From assembly GCA_951406725.2 (NCBI GenBank), contig OX597817.1, positions 114,824,001-114,888,000 of the forward strand: DNA of 64,000 bases, in the 5' to 3' direction. Below, in pieces: positions 1 through 13,156 of this stretch (the first letter of the stretch is position 1; each line of letters opens with the position of its first letter). The notes beneath the pieces are model-generated. The model did not search any database, had not been told where the DNA came from, and saw only the letters and a list, made by a program, of their open reading frames with translations. Source of the stretch: Octopus vulgaris. Lineage: Eukaryota. Made by a program: the position numbers and the translations under genes.

Positions 1-17
1 ACATACATACATACATG

Positions 18-411
18 ATGGCTGTCCCCTCGTTATCGAGTATGTCGGAGTTATTCCAGTTACCTGAGTTACCTTCTCCTAGAAGGATACCCTAACAAAG
101 GCTAGGAGTCCTTCACTTCCAATGGTTTAACCGTTCGATCGGGTATTCAGTCCGATTATTTCTATGTCCCCACGCGTGATACAGCCTTAAGCCTTAAGAA
201 GAAAATAAATTACACATTTATTGGATGGCTGTTGACTCTCAAGAGTTCCTCCACCCTTTGACAGGTTTTGTTTTTCATCCCGCAGGGTGTCCAATAAACA
301 CCCTCCTCACCAAGCAAGCTTGGTGGGATTGCCGGTTTAGTCGCCGACAGCCCGACCATGCAACAGGTTGTACTGGGTTACATGTTACCAGTAGCACTCG
401 AAAGTGACCTG
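18..411. mobile_element. GC-richer, CpG-containing element inserted in a (CATA)n microsatellite; probable retroelement end, family unassigned
   Basis: Flanked on both sides by (ACAT)n. Composition differs sharply from the surroundings. Contains short hairpins (gggtgt-ccaataa-acaccc; caccaagc-aa-gcttggtg). Confidence 0.45.
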
Positions 412-548
412 ACATAAACATACATACATACATACATACATACATACATACATACATACATACATACATACATACATACATACATACATACATACATACA
501 TACATACATACATACATGCATGCATGCATGCATGCATGCATGCATGCT
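412..548. repeat. (CATA)n microsatellite grading into (CATG)n
   Basis: Directly visible tetranucleotide array. Confidence 0.97.
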
Positions 549-559
549 TGCATGTATGT

Positions 560-725
560 TCTCTTGTGGAAAGAAGTTGCCCTCTGGACATGAATGTTGT
601 TAGAGAACTACAAGAGAAAGAGGACATCTATGAATCATTGATAAGGAGTTTGCAAATCCAGTACCTAAAGTACACTTTCAGCTTCATACCTATTATTATT
701 GGAGCAACAGGATACATACTAAGCC
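560..725 (+). pseudogene. C-terminal REL (restriction-like) endonuclease fragment of an R4/Dong/NeSL-type non-LTR retrotransposon
   Basis: Translation LVERSCPLDMNVVRELQEKEDIYESLIRSLQIQY...FIPIIIGATGYI matches the E-x-S-C-P...K-x-x-K-Y...P-I-I-I-G-A-x-G pattern of REL endonuclease C-termini. Confidence 0.7.
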
Positions 726-2199
726 TCAACCAGAAATTTATCTGGAACCCGTGCAAACACTGAAACCACATGGTGAAACTTTTAAGTAATTGGCACATTC
801 TGTGATTTATAAAGATGAAGGAATGTAGTCAAATTTCCAGTTGCTAGCAATGTAACTTTAGTGGGTGGGGAAAAGGAAAGGCTAGAGATAGGCTAGATTC
901 GGTTTACAAAGTGTTTGTGAAAGTACTAGAGTTCACTTTGTTGCAAATATTCAGATCAGGTCTGTCTCTAGTAAATACTATTCTCAGTGTGGTGCTTCTT
1001 GCTATGAATGTGTGTGTGTGTGTGTGTAAAGAAATGGGTCTGTAGCAAAGCACAAAGAAGCCAGCACCATTTTGAAACAATGAGATCTTGCCTGCAACCA
1101 TTGCCATATGTGAGACAAAAATGAGATCTCGCCTGGAACCATTATTTAAGAAAAAGACAACATTTTCCCTTTCATTCTTCTTATGCTGACACCAAACAAG
1201 ACTTCAAAGCCAGGAGCTCACAGTGGACTTTTGTCCCGCTGTGATACCACATGCATTGTCTCCAGGGGTTATTGAACCTCACATGTATGGGAGAGAAGGC
1301 TAAGTATGCATTGCTGTGAAGATGGTTGCTGAAAGCAAACCCCTTGCTTCATGCTACTGATCATTCTGGATGCCTGATAAAGTAAAAGTAAGATCAAATC
1401 ATCCACTTCTTAATGTGATGTCGCTTACTCCCTCACTTCCAATTCTGACATCTCCCTTCCAAACAAACATATACTACTTAACATTTAGAAAAAAAACTTG
1501 TGTCGATATCAAACACGGGTCAAATACTGGTGTCAATTCCTATAATGAATCCTAAATGTGAATGGAATTATAATAGAAGAGATTCTAAACAATGCTTTTA
1601 AAATAAACTTTTAATAACACTTCATAGAAACTTTTATCTAAATCAAATCAAAAGCATTCTAAATAACACTTTAAACACACACACACATATGTATTGCTAC
1701 TGAAGATTTAGTCTCTGTTGTATGTCTCAGGTAATTCTTACATTTTATTCTACTTATGTGATGTGATGTTTTGTGATGTTATCAATTATAAAATATTTTA
1801 TGAATGACATATATGACTATATTTTCTAGGTTCTTTTTGTTTGGACTTGGTTAAAAGACACCTATCCAAAGATGTTTTGTTTATTGGTTTTTATTCCCAA
1901 CTAAAATAAAGTGTCATTTATTTTGTTACTATATTTTCCCATTTGGTTTTTCTGTGTGAAAAAGAATTCTTAAAACCCCAGTATTATCAGATATTCATAG
2001 AATAATTCCCAACTATACATGGCTGAATACATTTCCTGCAGACTTTGATTCCATACAATGGAAATACTGAAGTTGTGTAATATTTATTTTTCCAATCCTA
2101 TTCCACTAAGTATCTGAGATAAGCACTGTGAGCTAGCTAATAAAACATTCATCACTTATACAGTGCTCTCTTGGTTTTATTTATTAGTACACTTTTGTT

Positions 2200-2560
2200 A
2201 CTGCTGTAGTAGTTGAGTCCTGATTGAGCAGACTTATGACCAAAGACATTCCAGATGTGACCATCCTGTTTTTTATTTTCCTCTTTGATAAACACAGAAT
2301 GCACAGAATCCAAGGATACATTGTCTAATGTTCTCTTTTTCCAAGATGGTGGTGTGAGATCTGAGGGAAATGTGACTGCTATTTCTGGATGGTCACATTC
2401 CAGATGTGACCATCCTGTTTTTTTATTTTCCTCTTTGATAAACACTGAATGCACAGAATCCAAGGATACATTGTCTAATGTTCTCTTTGATGGTGGTGTG
2501 AGATTTGAGGGAAACGTGACTGCTATTTCTAGTATATTAGATGACCATATAAAGATTCCT
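2200..2560 (+). repeat. Dispersed non-coding repeat (gactgctatttctag family) with an internal ~140-bp tandem duplication
   Basis: 2246-2386 is repeated at 2395-2530. The same family recurs at about 2590-2790 (-), 4290-4590 (-), 7190-7330, 25380-25530 (-), 41140-41340 and 52100-52420. Confidence 0.8.
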
Positions 2561-3282
2561 ACCTCATCATGGTACATATATATTATTAGTCAATGAGGTG
2601 GCATCTACATGTTCACTTGACCTGCTAGAAATAACAGGCAATTCTCACTTCAGATTACATCCTACTGTTTTGAAAACTGAATGGGTACAGATGCAATGCA
2701 TACAGATTAAGGTGGTCACATATGGAACCCATTTGGTTAAACATGTACTCAACCAGGCCTGACTTGGGGTTAAATAACAACAGCAACAACCACAACATAT
2801 ATACTGAAACAACTTTATTATGATACAGTGGTTCATTTTATAAAGAGCAACAAAGCCTGTTGAAAAATATGATATTCACAATTTTAAGAAGGTATTATCA
2901 TATGGCTGCATTTTAAAATATTTTTTCCATCCTTCCATTTGTCTTCTTTCAATGAAGGGGCCTTGTTCATGCATATTTATGTGACTAAGATGTTGCTTCT
3001 CTCAATATATCATTTTATCTGACATTGGTGATGTATCACCCTTAAGCAGATCCTGAAAACTCCGTTTCCTGCCATGAGAATGCTGGAGATAGGAAGTGGG
3101 GAAGTGGATTTTGAACTTAGAATACAATAAACTGGAAAAGATACTGCAAATCATCTTCATCTCATCCAACACTCTAGCAACAATTTTGCTGATCCAACGC
3201 TCTGTATAAATACATTGTTTATCAATCCCTCACCAACTCACACCAGAGAACGAAGGGCAAAGTTGATCTCAGTGAAATATAA

Positions 3283-3507
3283 CCCTTTTTGTTATTATAT
3301 TTCTATTCCAATTAACTGCTTCTGTTTCAATTAATTTTGCTGTAAAAATAACGAGGAATTTAGTAAAATAAATGTCATTAAGCTGGTGTTGGAAACATTA
3401 AATTAACATGAAGTTTTGATGGAAGGTTTTAATTTAGACCACTTTAAAAACAGATGGCCTCTGTCATAAAACTGGGAGTGGTCTCAGGCAGGTTGGCACC
3501 AAGAGGG
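3283..3507. mobile_element. piggyBac-like MITE inserted into a SINE
   Basis: Ends read (a)taa|CCCTT...AGAGGG|ttaa. It interrupts a minus-strand SINE segment (agttgatctcagtgaaat...tctcagagcatagag). Confidence 0.55.
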
Positions 3508-5268
3508 TTAATCTCAGAGCATAGAGAAATGGAGCAGATATTCTAAGGCTTTAACAGCTATGCCAACTCACCAATTTTGCATTACAAAACAGAAATAAAT
3601 TCTGGATACATTCAGACATTCTACAGTTGTTGCTACTGCTTTTATTAATGTTGTTGTTGCTGATGTTCTTGTTACTGATGTTGTTGTTGTTGTTGTTGCT
3701 GATGTTCTTGTTCTTGTTGTTGTTGCTTTTTGCAACCCTTCCTTTTTGTTTCATTGGTTTTGCTAATGGAACTGTCAAAGAAGATATCGTTGTTCTGCAC
3801 TTGTCAAAGAAGAAATCATTATGTCTGAAAGGCATCGCTATGTCGTTAAGAAGTTTTACTTCATAATCACATGGCTCTGGGTTTGATCCCACTGCATGAC
3901 ACTTTGGTCAAGTGTTTTCTGCCTCAGAAGGCTCAGGGTCTGCAAGCTTTTTTTTTTTTTTGAGTGAAGACGTTGAGGAGATGTAAACTGTACATAACTG
4001 GTACTTATCTTATTAACTTCCAGAGGGAGGGAAGACAAAGTCTTGAAAGCATTTGGACTATCATAGTGTTAATGCTGATGATGATAACGATGATGGTGAT
4101 GATGACACCACTGACGCCAACAACATAATCATCATCATCATTGCTGTCATTGTCGTTGATGATGATTTTGGTTTTTATTTTTTTGTCTATTCTAGCACTT
4201 ATTTCGATTTGTTCAAAGTGCACTTTCCTTTTATTTATATAACCATGATGTTTCACCAATTTTCACGTAGTTCCATATGATATTGACATTAGAGGTCAAA
4301 TGCTTTTATCCGAGATCCTCTACATTGTAGCTAGACCTGGGAGAAAGGAAAGCCAAATCTCCCTTAAATCACCCCCTACTGTCTTATGTATGTATGAGCC
4401 AAGAAAGGAGTTCTCTACTAAACATAGTAACCAAATCTCCCTCCAATTCCATCTTCACTGTCTTAAGTTAAGGATAGTCAAAATAATATAGTCCTAGATG
4501 CATCATAAAAATACAATATGGTCAAAGCAGGAAGACATCTAGTGATAAGTCTTTTCAATAGGAACTGCCTAAGCTGGGGTTAAACAACATCATCAACAAT
4601 AAACTAGAGGCATGGAAATCACAAATATCCACAAATACACAAACAACTGCATATATGCACTGTTGCAACAAAGCTAATACACAAGAACATAACAACGAAA
4701 ACAATGACAAGAACAGACTATGCAAACACAACACCACCCCAGAAAAATATATGCACATACAGAATCGCACACACACACACATATACACATTGAGATACAA
4801 TATAAAGTAGCACTACAAATAAAAGAAAATATATAATTAAATATAAAATTAGAACTAAGGGGTTTGAACTCAGAATGTAAAGAACTGCAAGAAATATTGC
4901 AAAGCATTTTAAATAATGTTTTAATGCTCCTTCCTGCTCACTACCTCATATACTGATTGTTTCTAAAATAGGGTAGAGGCCAGCAATTTCAAGTGGAAGG
5001 GGTTATATGTTACTTTTGACTCCTGTTCTTGACTGCTTATATTTCTTATTGACCCTTGGGGGTGAAGGGCAAAGTTAACTTTAGTGGGATTTGAGCTTAA
5101 AATGTAGAGTCAGACCTAAATACTGTCAAATAGTGGTCACTAGCCATTTTTGTACCTAGTGCTAGTTTCATGCAAGATAATTTTTCCATGGACTGGGGAA
5201 CACATGCACAAAAAAAAACAACAACAAAATACATAATATATAATTTGATTATTGCATATATGATAATG

Positions 5269-5529
5269 TGGAGGCACATGGCGTAATGGTTAGAGCAGTG
5301 GATTCATGGTCGAGGCATCGCAGGTCGAGCGAAATACCTAAGTTCCACACGGCTCTGGCAGAAAGTAATGGCGAACTACTGCTCTTTCACCACAACTTTA
5401 TCTCATTCTTTCCTCCTGCATCTAGCATCTCACCTGTGATGGACTGGTGTTCTGTCCAGGTAGAGAACCTATACACAAATGAAACTGGGAAACCAGCATG
5501 GCTTGAGAAGAAATAAACAACAACAACAT
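5269..5529 (+). mobile_element. tRNA-derived SINE (ggaggcacatggcgtaatggttagagcag head) with (CAA)n tail
   Basis: tRNA-like A box at the 5' end. The body (gagcgaaatacctaagttccacacggctctggcag...ctctttcaccacaacttt) is shared with the copy at 42384-42680. Confidence 0.75.
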
Positions 5530-8034
5530 CTATGATAATATATAATGTGAAAATACCATGAAGGCTGTGATAGTCAATGAAATAGAAATAAATTTTAATG
5601 TCACTAATATATCTTTGTTAACGAGGTCACTTACTAATCGTGACACCAGTGCTTGTCCTGTCACTGATTTTCCATATATCATTGGTGAGGAGACGAGTCG
5701 CTGCTGTCTCTAATGGTTGAATATCTATCATTAACAAGACCAAGGAAAGTTGAAATTACATGATCTGGTGGTCTTGGCACTGGAGAGGGCACAGATTTAT
5801 CTCTCCACTAGTAATATAAACAAAAGGGCATTTTGCACCAAAAGCCAATATGAGAGTTTCTCTTGTGGTATCTATTGCAGTATAGTTTGTACTAACAGAA
5901 CATCCGCATTTAAGTGGGGATAAACGTTATTGCTTGGTTATGAATACTGTCTCTGTCACTAATGATTTTATACAATTATTTCTTTATTATAATATGATTT
6001 TGTGAGGCACAAGTTCTCAAACTTTTCCATTCCATTTGTTCCCTGTCAACATTCTGAAAGTTTACTCCCTACACTCAATTTTATTCAGGAATTTGACTTT
6101 AAATAATTCACAAAGAGGAAATTTAAAATGCTGTTTTTGAACATTATTAGTTTAAGTTCTATTAACAATAAAAATAGCACATAACAATGTTATTTCAGCA
6201 GGTGCCAGAACCAAACACAATTTTCTGAATTAGAGACCTCCATTAGCAACATAATAATTAAGAAACCTACATTACAGGTCATTAAATCTAAAATATAATA
6301 TGGGAAAGAAAAGTTAGTATTAGTTCATAAAAATAGGCTTGTTTAAAATTTTCTTTTTGCCTTCAGGTTTTCAAAAAAGTCTAATTGATAAAAAAATATT
6401 TCAATACTTGAATCAGTAATTTATATTCTTAAGTCGGTAAAATTTAGCCCTTGGGGGTAAATTTACTCCAGTTTGAGAATCCCTACTGTTGGAAACATGG
6501 GGAAATATTTCTACCTCATTGTTTTATCTAGAATTTTCTTTAATCTAAATTCACTTTCATTGGCTTGTCTGTATAATAAGAATACAGATCAGCTAACAAA
6601 AAATGAATTTGTATTTCTTTATCATTAATTTATTTTGATTTTTTTTTGTCAAATTTATTTTTTCTTATTTCTCTTTGTTTTGTTTTGCTTTCTAGTAACT
6701 TGGTTTGCGTTTAAAACTTGAGTGAGATTTATAATGTTTGTTGTTAGATTTTGTTCAGAGATTATCAAATGTTTCGGTTTGAGAAATGAAATTTCAATTA
6801 ATTGAGATAGTGGTCATTCTGTCTCAAAGTCAAACTTAAGACGTAGAGTGGTGAAAATTGATAAAGCTAATTGGATCAGTGACAACAACAACAATTCTAA
6901 CAACAGACTTTGAACAACACACACAGATACACACACACACACACACACTAAGTCTCTCTTACATATTCTCTCTCTTTTTGACACACACAAAAGCAAACAC
7001 ATAGACACAGACACATCTGGAGTAATAGCAACAGAAACAAATAAAACATTTTCCCCCTTGAGTAATTTAATTTACATAAAAACCAAATAAATGATTATCA
7101 CTTTTAATGAGATGATTTTATAATATGTAATTTGTCTGCTTTTTCCTCTTTTTCCTCTCTTTCCTCCCCACCCCAAAGCAGAACAGACATAAGATCAGTG
7201 GAATTTCAACCATGACCAACCCTGACTAGATTATTTAATTTGTGTTTGCCTTGTTTTCTTATGATGGTAGGTTGTGATTCAGCAGATATTTGACTGCTGT
7301 TTTTAGCAAGTAGAGCTACCACATACAGACTGCCTTATTGTCTTGTCCCTAATATCATGATTAGTGGAGAGCTAAAGCTCTTTAATTAGCATGTTGAGAT
7401 TTTTTTCTTTTTTGTTCTGGCTTTTTTTTTTTCTGGTTTTGTCTGTAAGAAGGGTTCTGCCCATGGATTTTGCTGCCCTCTAACACAAATAACAGCATCC
7501 AGTATGTTGGTATAACATCACTCACAGACATGCTCCTACCTCTGGCCCACAAGCCTGCTGTTTCTCCTCTCCTGCTTTCTCTACCAATTCTGTAATGACC
7601 CTTGACCCTTAGAGTTAGGTGGGCTCATAGCAGCTCCACTCTTACACCCATATCTCTCTTGTCTCTCCACCTTTCATCTAGCTGTCTCTTTTGTTACAGG
7701 GATGTAAACAAACCAGCACTGGTGGGACAAAGATACACATGTGCACACACATATGCATATATGTACACAACACTCACACACATACACACATATGACAGGG
7801 CTTCCAAATGGCTTCTGTCTACCAGATACACTCACAAGGCTTTGGTTGGCCCAGAGCTATACTACAAGCTGCTGTACAGTGGTACTGAATCCAAAACCAT
7901 ATGGTTGTTGCCAAGCAAGCTTTTTAGCCACACAGAACTACTTAATATTATGGAATAGTGGGACCCATAGAAATTCCTCAGAAATTCCTCATTTCACTAA
8001 TTTTCGTAATTCTATTTGATGCGTAAATTTCCAG

Positions 8035-8133
8035 ATCTGCAAAAGTGTGTCTCATTATATCAAATATTTTTATGATGATGAACAAGATATTGGAATGATG
8101 TTGCTGGATAATTGGTTCCAAGATAGTAAAATC
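8035..8133 (+). CDS. Candidate 99-nt internal coding exon (ICKSVSHYIKYFYDDEQDIGMMLLDNWFQDSKI), gene unknown
   Basis: Branch-like cactaat about 35 nt upstream with no intervening AG, acceptor tttccag|, donor |gttagt. Length is divisible by 3, only the phase-0 frame is open, and the sequence is non-repetitive. Confidence 0.3.
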
Positions 8134-8959
8134 GTTAGTAGACTGTGAATAAACTATTAATAATAATACATTGGTGTAAAAGAGAATAGAATAAAGCAAT
8201 CAAATCGTAGGCAGAATACTTTTAGCTATGTGCCAATACACCCATCTTGTTTTACTGTTTTGCATTTAAATGGATCTTATAAGGCCTAAATATTCTACTG
8301 TTTTATGGTCAAACCAGCTAGATCTGGCCTCTTGTGCCTTCCCTGTAATGTCATTCCAAAAATTAATCAATCACATCTTTTATCTTTTACTTGTCTCAGT
8401 CAGTTAGCTGCAGCTACATTGGGTCACCACCTTGAAGAGTTTTTAGTCAAACAAACTGGCCCTAGGATTTCATTTTTCAAGCCTAGTACTAATTCTATCA
8501 GCCTCTTTTGCTGAACTGCTAAGTTGTATGAATGTGAACACAGACACTAGTTGTTGGGCTTCTTTCAGTTTCCATCTACCAGTCCGTCCACTCACAAGTC
8601 TTTAGTTGGTCCGAGGCTATAGTAGAAGACACTTGCCCAAGTCCCACCTGCCAGTTTTCAGCTGGTATTTATTTTATTGATCCTAAAAGAATGAAAGGCA
8701 AAGTTGACCTCAGCAGAATTTGAACTCAAAACACAAAGACAGAAGAAATACCACTAAGCATTTTGTCTAGCTTGATAATGATTCTGTCAGCTCACTGCCT
8801 TTAAGTACATTTTTAGTAAGGATTTCCAATTTTGGCACAAGGTCAGCAATTTCAGGGGAGGGATTAAGTCTATTGCATCGACCCCAAAATAATGAAAGAC
8901 AAAGTTGACCGTGGCAGAATTTGAACCCAGAATCCAAAGATGGATGAAATACTTTTTAC

Positions 8960-9580
8960 GTGCCACCGGCACATCCACCCACACTTTTAGTAATCACCTC
9001 CTACACTGAGTTAACAACTATCCCCATGCACCATCATAGATCTCTCATCCTCCTCATGCACTATACCTGCCTCTTTCTTCACCAGCCACTCCTGCAACCT
9101 TCTCTGTCATCCTTCTGTCTGTTGTTTCATCATTACTATTCTGTTACTCAGCACTGTCAGTCTTCTCTTACTCTCCACTCCACATTGCTCACAGGGTCCA
9201 CTTGATCATTCCTGCCCACTTTTCTAAAATGTGAGTTGTCGTGTAGTTCCTCAACAACAAGAAACTTGTTCTGCTCAGGCCCTTTCTCTCATACTTTTAC
9301 TCATCTTTTGCTCCTTGTCTCCTAACTTAAAGTTGTTCTCCCTTCTCCCCTGGGTGTGTAGTATTTTAAACTGCATGGAGGCCTTACAGGTGCTGGTGGC
9401 ATGAAAAATGCACCCAGTACATTCTGTGAAGTTGTTGGCCTTAGGAACGGTATTCAGTCTTAGAAACCATGCCAAAGTAGTCACAAGAGCATGATGTTGT
9501 TCTTGGGCTCATCAGATCCTGTCGAACCATTCAACCCATGCTGGCATGGAATATGCTTGTAAATGATGATGATAACGATG
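8960..9580 (+). mobile_element. 3' UTR of an RTE-type LINE (pyrimidine-rich tract plus conserved tail ending in (GAT)n)
   Basis: Tail aacccatgctggcatggaa...taaatgatgatgat, also seen at 46432-46819 and 57279-57717. Confidence 0.6.
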
Positions 9581-10412
9581 ATATACACATCTTTATGCAT
9601 GAAGACACACACATGTGCACACTTATGCAGAAATGCACACACACTCATACTTGCTTATATACTCACAACACAAACACATGCTCATGCACACACACACACA
9701 CATACACACACACACACACACAATGTGTTGTGAGATTTAAATCTCCCACACAAAAAAGAACTTGCGTTAATTTTTAAACTCAGCATGCTTGTATTGTGGC
9801 TGTGGAGTAATTTTCCAGAGTTGATCAAAGCCATGTGAGTGAATTTGAGTTGATAGAAACGGTGGCAAATCCCAGAAGTTGGACCTATATCTATGATTCA
9901 AAGGACCAGCTGTGTCACATGTTGTCACAATGGTTCTTCCTGAGAATTATGTTAAGGGTACATGTGAGCGTGTGTGTGTGTGTGAGTGTGTGTGGAATAT
10001 TTAGCCTCTTCAATGCAAATTCAATGAGTAGGTCATTAAACTGTTGTTACACTCATTGCCAAAACCAACAGAAATCAATTTATTTGTGTGCATACGTACT
10101 AAACGCACATACATCCACACACCCACACACACGCACATATACATATATATATCTCTACGTTTATGCATGCTCATGTATTTGTGCATATATGTGTGAGTTT
10201 ATATGTAGTTATATGTATTTAGAGGCATGTGTATGTCTGTATATGTCATGTGCATACCTGTGTATGTATATGTGTGTGTGTGAATGCTTATATATTCATT
10301 CTTGTTAATACACTGAAACTATAAATGAAGCCCAGAAAATTGAATTCAGACTATCCTTGTTTTTCTTGTTCTTGTTTTTGTTATTGTTCTCTTTCTCCAT
10401 TTCTTCCCCCAC

Positions 10413-10430
10413 TATTACTACTACTACTAC

Positions 10431-10462
<32 letters not shown>

Positions 10463-10531
10463 CTTCTTCTTCTTCTTCTTCTTCTTCTTCTTCTTCTTCT
10501 TCTTCTTCTTCCTCCTCTTCCTCCTCCTCCT
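10413..10531. repeat. (CTA)n-(CTT)n-(CCT)n compound trinucleotide microsatellite
   Basis: Directly visible. It is the source of the poly-L and poly-S ORFs. Confidence 0.97.
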
Positions 10532-11269
10532 TGTATATCCCACTTCCTGGCCTGTTATAAATTCATGAGCTCTGAATGTGTAATTTAAATCTTAAACTAA
10601 CCCCCAAACTCCTTACCCAAGCCCTAACTCTAACCCTATCCCTACCCATAGCCCCTTGAACTTCAGCTTAATTCTAATCAATATTTATTTCCCATAAACT
10701 TTCTTCCATTTCATTTCGTTGACGTATTTTCTCTTTGCCTCATTCTTTGATTTACATAATATAGTTTATTTTCTAAGAGTGTTGGGTTGTTGTTTTTTTC
10801 CAGTTGTTTTACATTTTCTTTTATTTACCTATTATTTTTTTTATTTTGGTTTCCTTTTTCTTCTGTACTTTGCTTTGTCTCACAATATGCTTCCCTTCCT
10901 CTACATCTTTTCCTTTATAGTTGAATTAACTTCTGACTTAATTATCCTCTGTCTTACAGCTCTTCATACTTAGTCAGTCTCCAAATATATAATAAAATAA
11001 AAGAAGAATAAAATAGAAAATGGATTCATTTTATTGTTTTATTTTGTTGATTTAATTCTCACTTTTTTCTCACTAGTTGTGTATGGGGTGAAGGATAAGA
11101 ATAGGTGCAAAAATGTTAATATACTAATCAAAATTCAAAAGTATTTGATTGGTTGAACACCAGAATTGGTCTATCAATTAAAGTGTAATGTAAATGCTAA
11201 TGTATCTTTTGGAACATTAAAGAAGCTCCTTAAGGGGTGAATTCTTAGCTTTCCATTTGTAGTGGTTTG

Positions 11270-11636
11270 GCTAAAAGTCTGTTACAAGTATCCTTGCTAG
11301 ATTCCTTCTAATCCAATGCCTGTTCTATCTAGATGCATAGGTAATCTAAGGCAATGTGTTGAGTCTCATGCCAACAAAAGCAATTGTCAGGCTATAGGGT
11401 AATGACTGAAGAATTTTATTTCGATAAAATTTATCTAAATAGCATTTGGCTTATGAGGGTGGTGTGTTGTAAGTATCTGGGTTCACGGAATAATATTTTT
11501 AGAAAGATAACAAGCAAAGCAAATAGATGTTATTCAAGTAACACTTCTTTAAAATTTGTTGTTTATGTTTTGTTTTGCAAGATTCCTGATGTGGAATTGT
11601 GTGTTGAAATAGATATTGTTATATTTGGGGGTCATC
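11270..11636 (+). mobile_element. Decayed Penelope-like element 3' end (GIY-YIG-like relic plus terminal repeat)
   Basis: Translation VCYKYPC*...CIGNLRQCVESH loosely resembles V-V-Y-K-x-x-C...Y-I-G-x-T-x-R...E-H. The terminal motif gcaagattcctgatgtg...gtgttgaaa recurs at 15385-15425 and 33350-33385. Confidence 0.35.
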
Positions 11637-11650
11637 CATTTTTTTTTTTT

Positions 11651-12032
11651 GCCATGAGTGGCTGTGTGTTATGTAGCTTGCTTACTAATCACATAGTTCC
11701 AGGTTCAGTCCCACTGCGTGGCACCTTGGGCAAGTGTCTTCTACTATAGCCTTGGGCTGACCAAAGCCTTGTGAGTGGATTTGGTAGACAGAAACTGAAA
11801 GAAGCCTGTCGTATATATATGTATATGTATATATATGTGTGTGTGTGTGTTTGTGTGTCTGTGTTTGTGCCCCCAACATCGCTTGACAACCGATGCTGGT
11901 GTGTTTACATCGGCAAAAGAAACCGATAGAATAAGTACTTGGCTTACAAAGAATAAGTCCTGGGGGTCGATTTGCTCAACTAAAAGCAGTGCTCCAGCAT
12001 GGCTGCAGTCAAATGACTGAAACAAGTAAAAG
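11651..12032 (+). mobile_element. Full-length tRNA-derived SINE, family A (internal TA/TG microsatellite)
   Basis: A box tggctgtgtg, B box ggttcagtccc, core gcaccttgggcaagtgtcttctact, tail gctccagcatggctgcagtcaaatgactgaaacaagtaaaag. Many copies in the window. Confidence 0.9.
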
Positions 12033-12514
12033 TGAGAGTAAATAGTAATGTGCATTATACACTCATTCTTCACTTCAGTTTTATTATTATTCTTATTTTA
12101 GTGTCCTTTGAAATCTTTTGTCACACACCCTGTGACCCCTTCAGTGACTCTTCATCCACATGTCTCCTCCAGTTCTATTTAGTCCAGACTTGTTCAAAAG
12201 TATTTGATATAGAAAGTAATTTGTTGCCCACGACCTTAAACTAAATAATTGGCTATATAATTCTATATTTCTGAGATGAGGCATTATATATATTATGTAC
12301 AATGTATCCACATTTTGCTTGTTACTTTTGCTATGTCTCAACTCTCAACTGTTGTACTCTCCAGTTATGTGGTTCACCTTAGTGCCTTGCCTGAGATTGA
12401 ACTTGGAACCTCTAGGTGGCTGCACTGTGTTAACCAACACCTTTATCCACTATACTATGCCTGTAGGCATTGATATCTTATGTCAGCTCCATACTGATTG
12501 GATAATACAATTAT

Positions 12515-12903
12515 CTTTTCTTTTATCTATTTCTGTCATTAGACTGCCACCATGCTGGAGCATCACCTTGAAGAATTTTAGTTGAACTTATCAACTCCTA
12601 GAACTTATCATTTTTTGTAAAGCTTGGTAGTTATTCTATTGATCCCTTTGCTGAACCACTAAGTTACAGGGACATAAACACACCAACACTGGTTGTCAAT
12701 CAGTGGTGGAGACACACACACACACACACACACGTGTATATGATGGACTTCTTTCAGTTTTCGTCTACCATATCCATTCACAAGGATTTGGTCAGCCTGA
12801 GGCTATAGTAGAAGACACTTGCCCAAGGTGCTATGCAGTGGGACTGAACCTGGAATGATGTAGTTGGGAAGCAAACTTCTTACCACACAGCCATGCCTGT
12901 GCC
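12515..12903 (-). mobile_element. Full-length SINE family A
   Basis: Reverse complement of the 11651-12032 copy along its whole length. Confidence 0.9.
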
Positions 12904-13156
12904 TATATTCTATATTTCTGAGATGAGGAATTTATATTATGTGCAAGTAAAATGTTTACATGAGTCAGAACCAGTGTCCTCATCTTGAAGACACCAATCC
13001 CAACTAATGTGAACATTGTACATAAATAATTGGTCACTTCTATAAAACACATCTATAATCAAATGAACTCCAGCCACGACTACTTCTTCTTTTGCATTTT
13101 TATTCTTTCAGACACCAAGGATTGCCTTATTCAATGTGTTTTTTTTATTTTACACG

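Noticed and set aside
5773-5794. cttggcactggagag resembling miR-96/miR-263 family mature sequence
   Set aside because: Only the seed region matches, and I could not find a complementary star arm giving a precursor hairpin.
10595-10655. Degenerate (CCCTAA)n telomere-like tract
   Set aside because: Too short and degenerate to support an interstitial telomere or fusion site.
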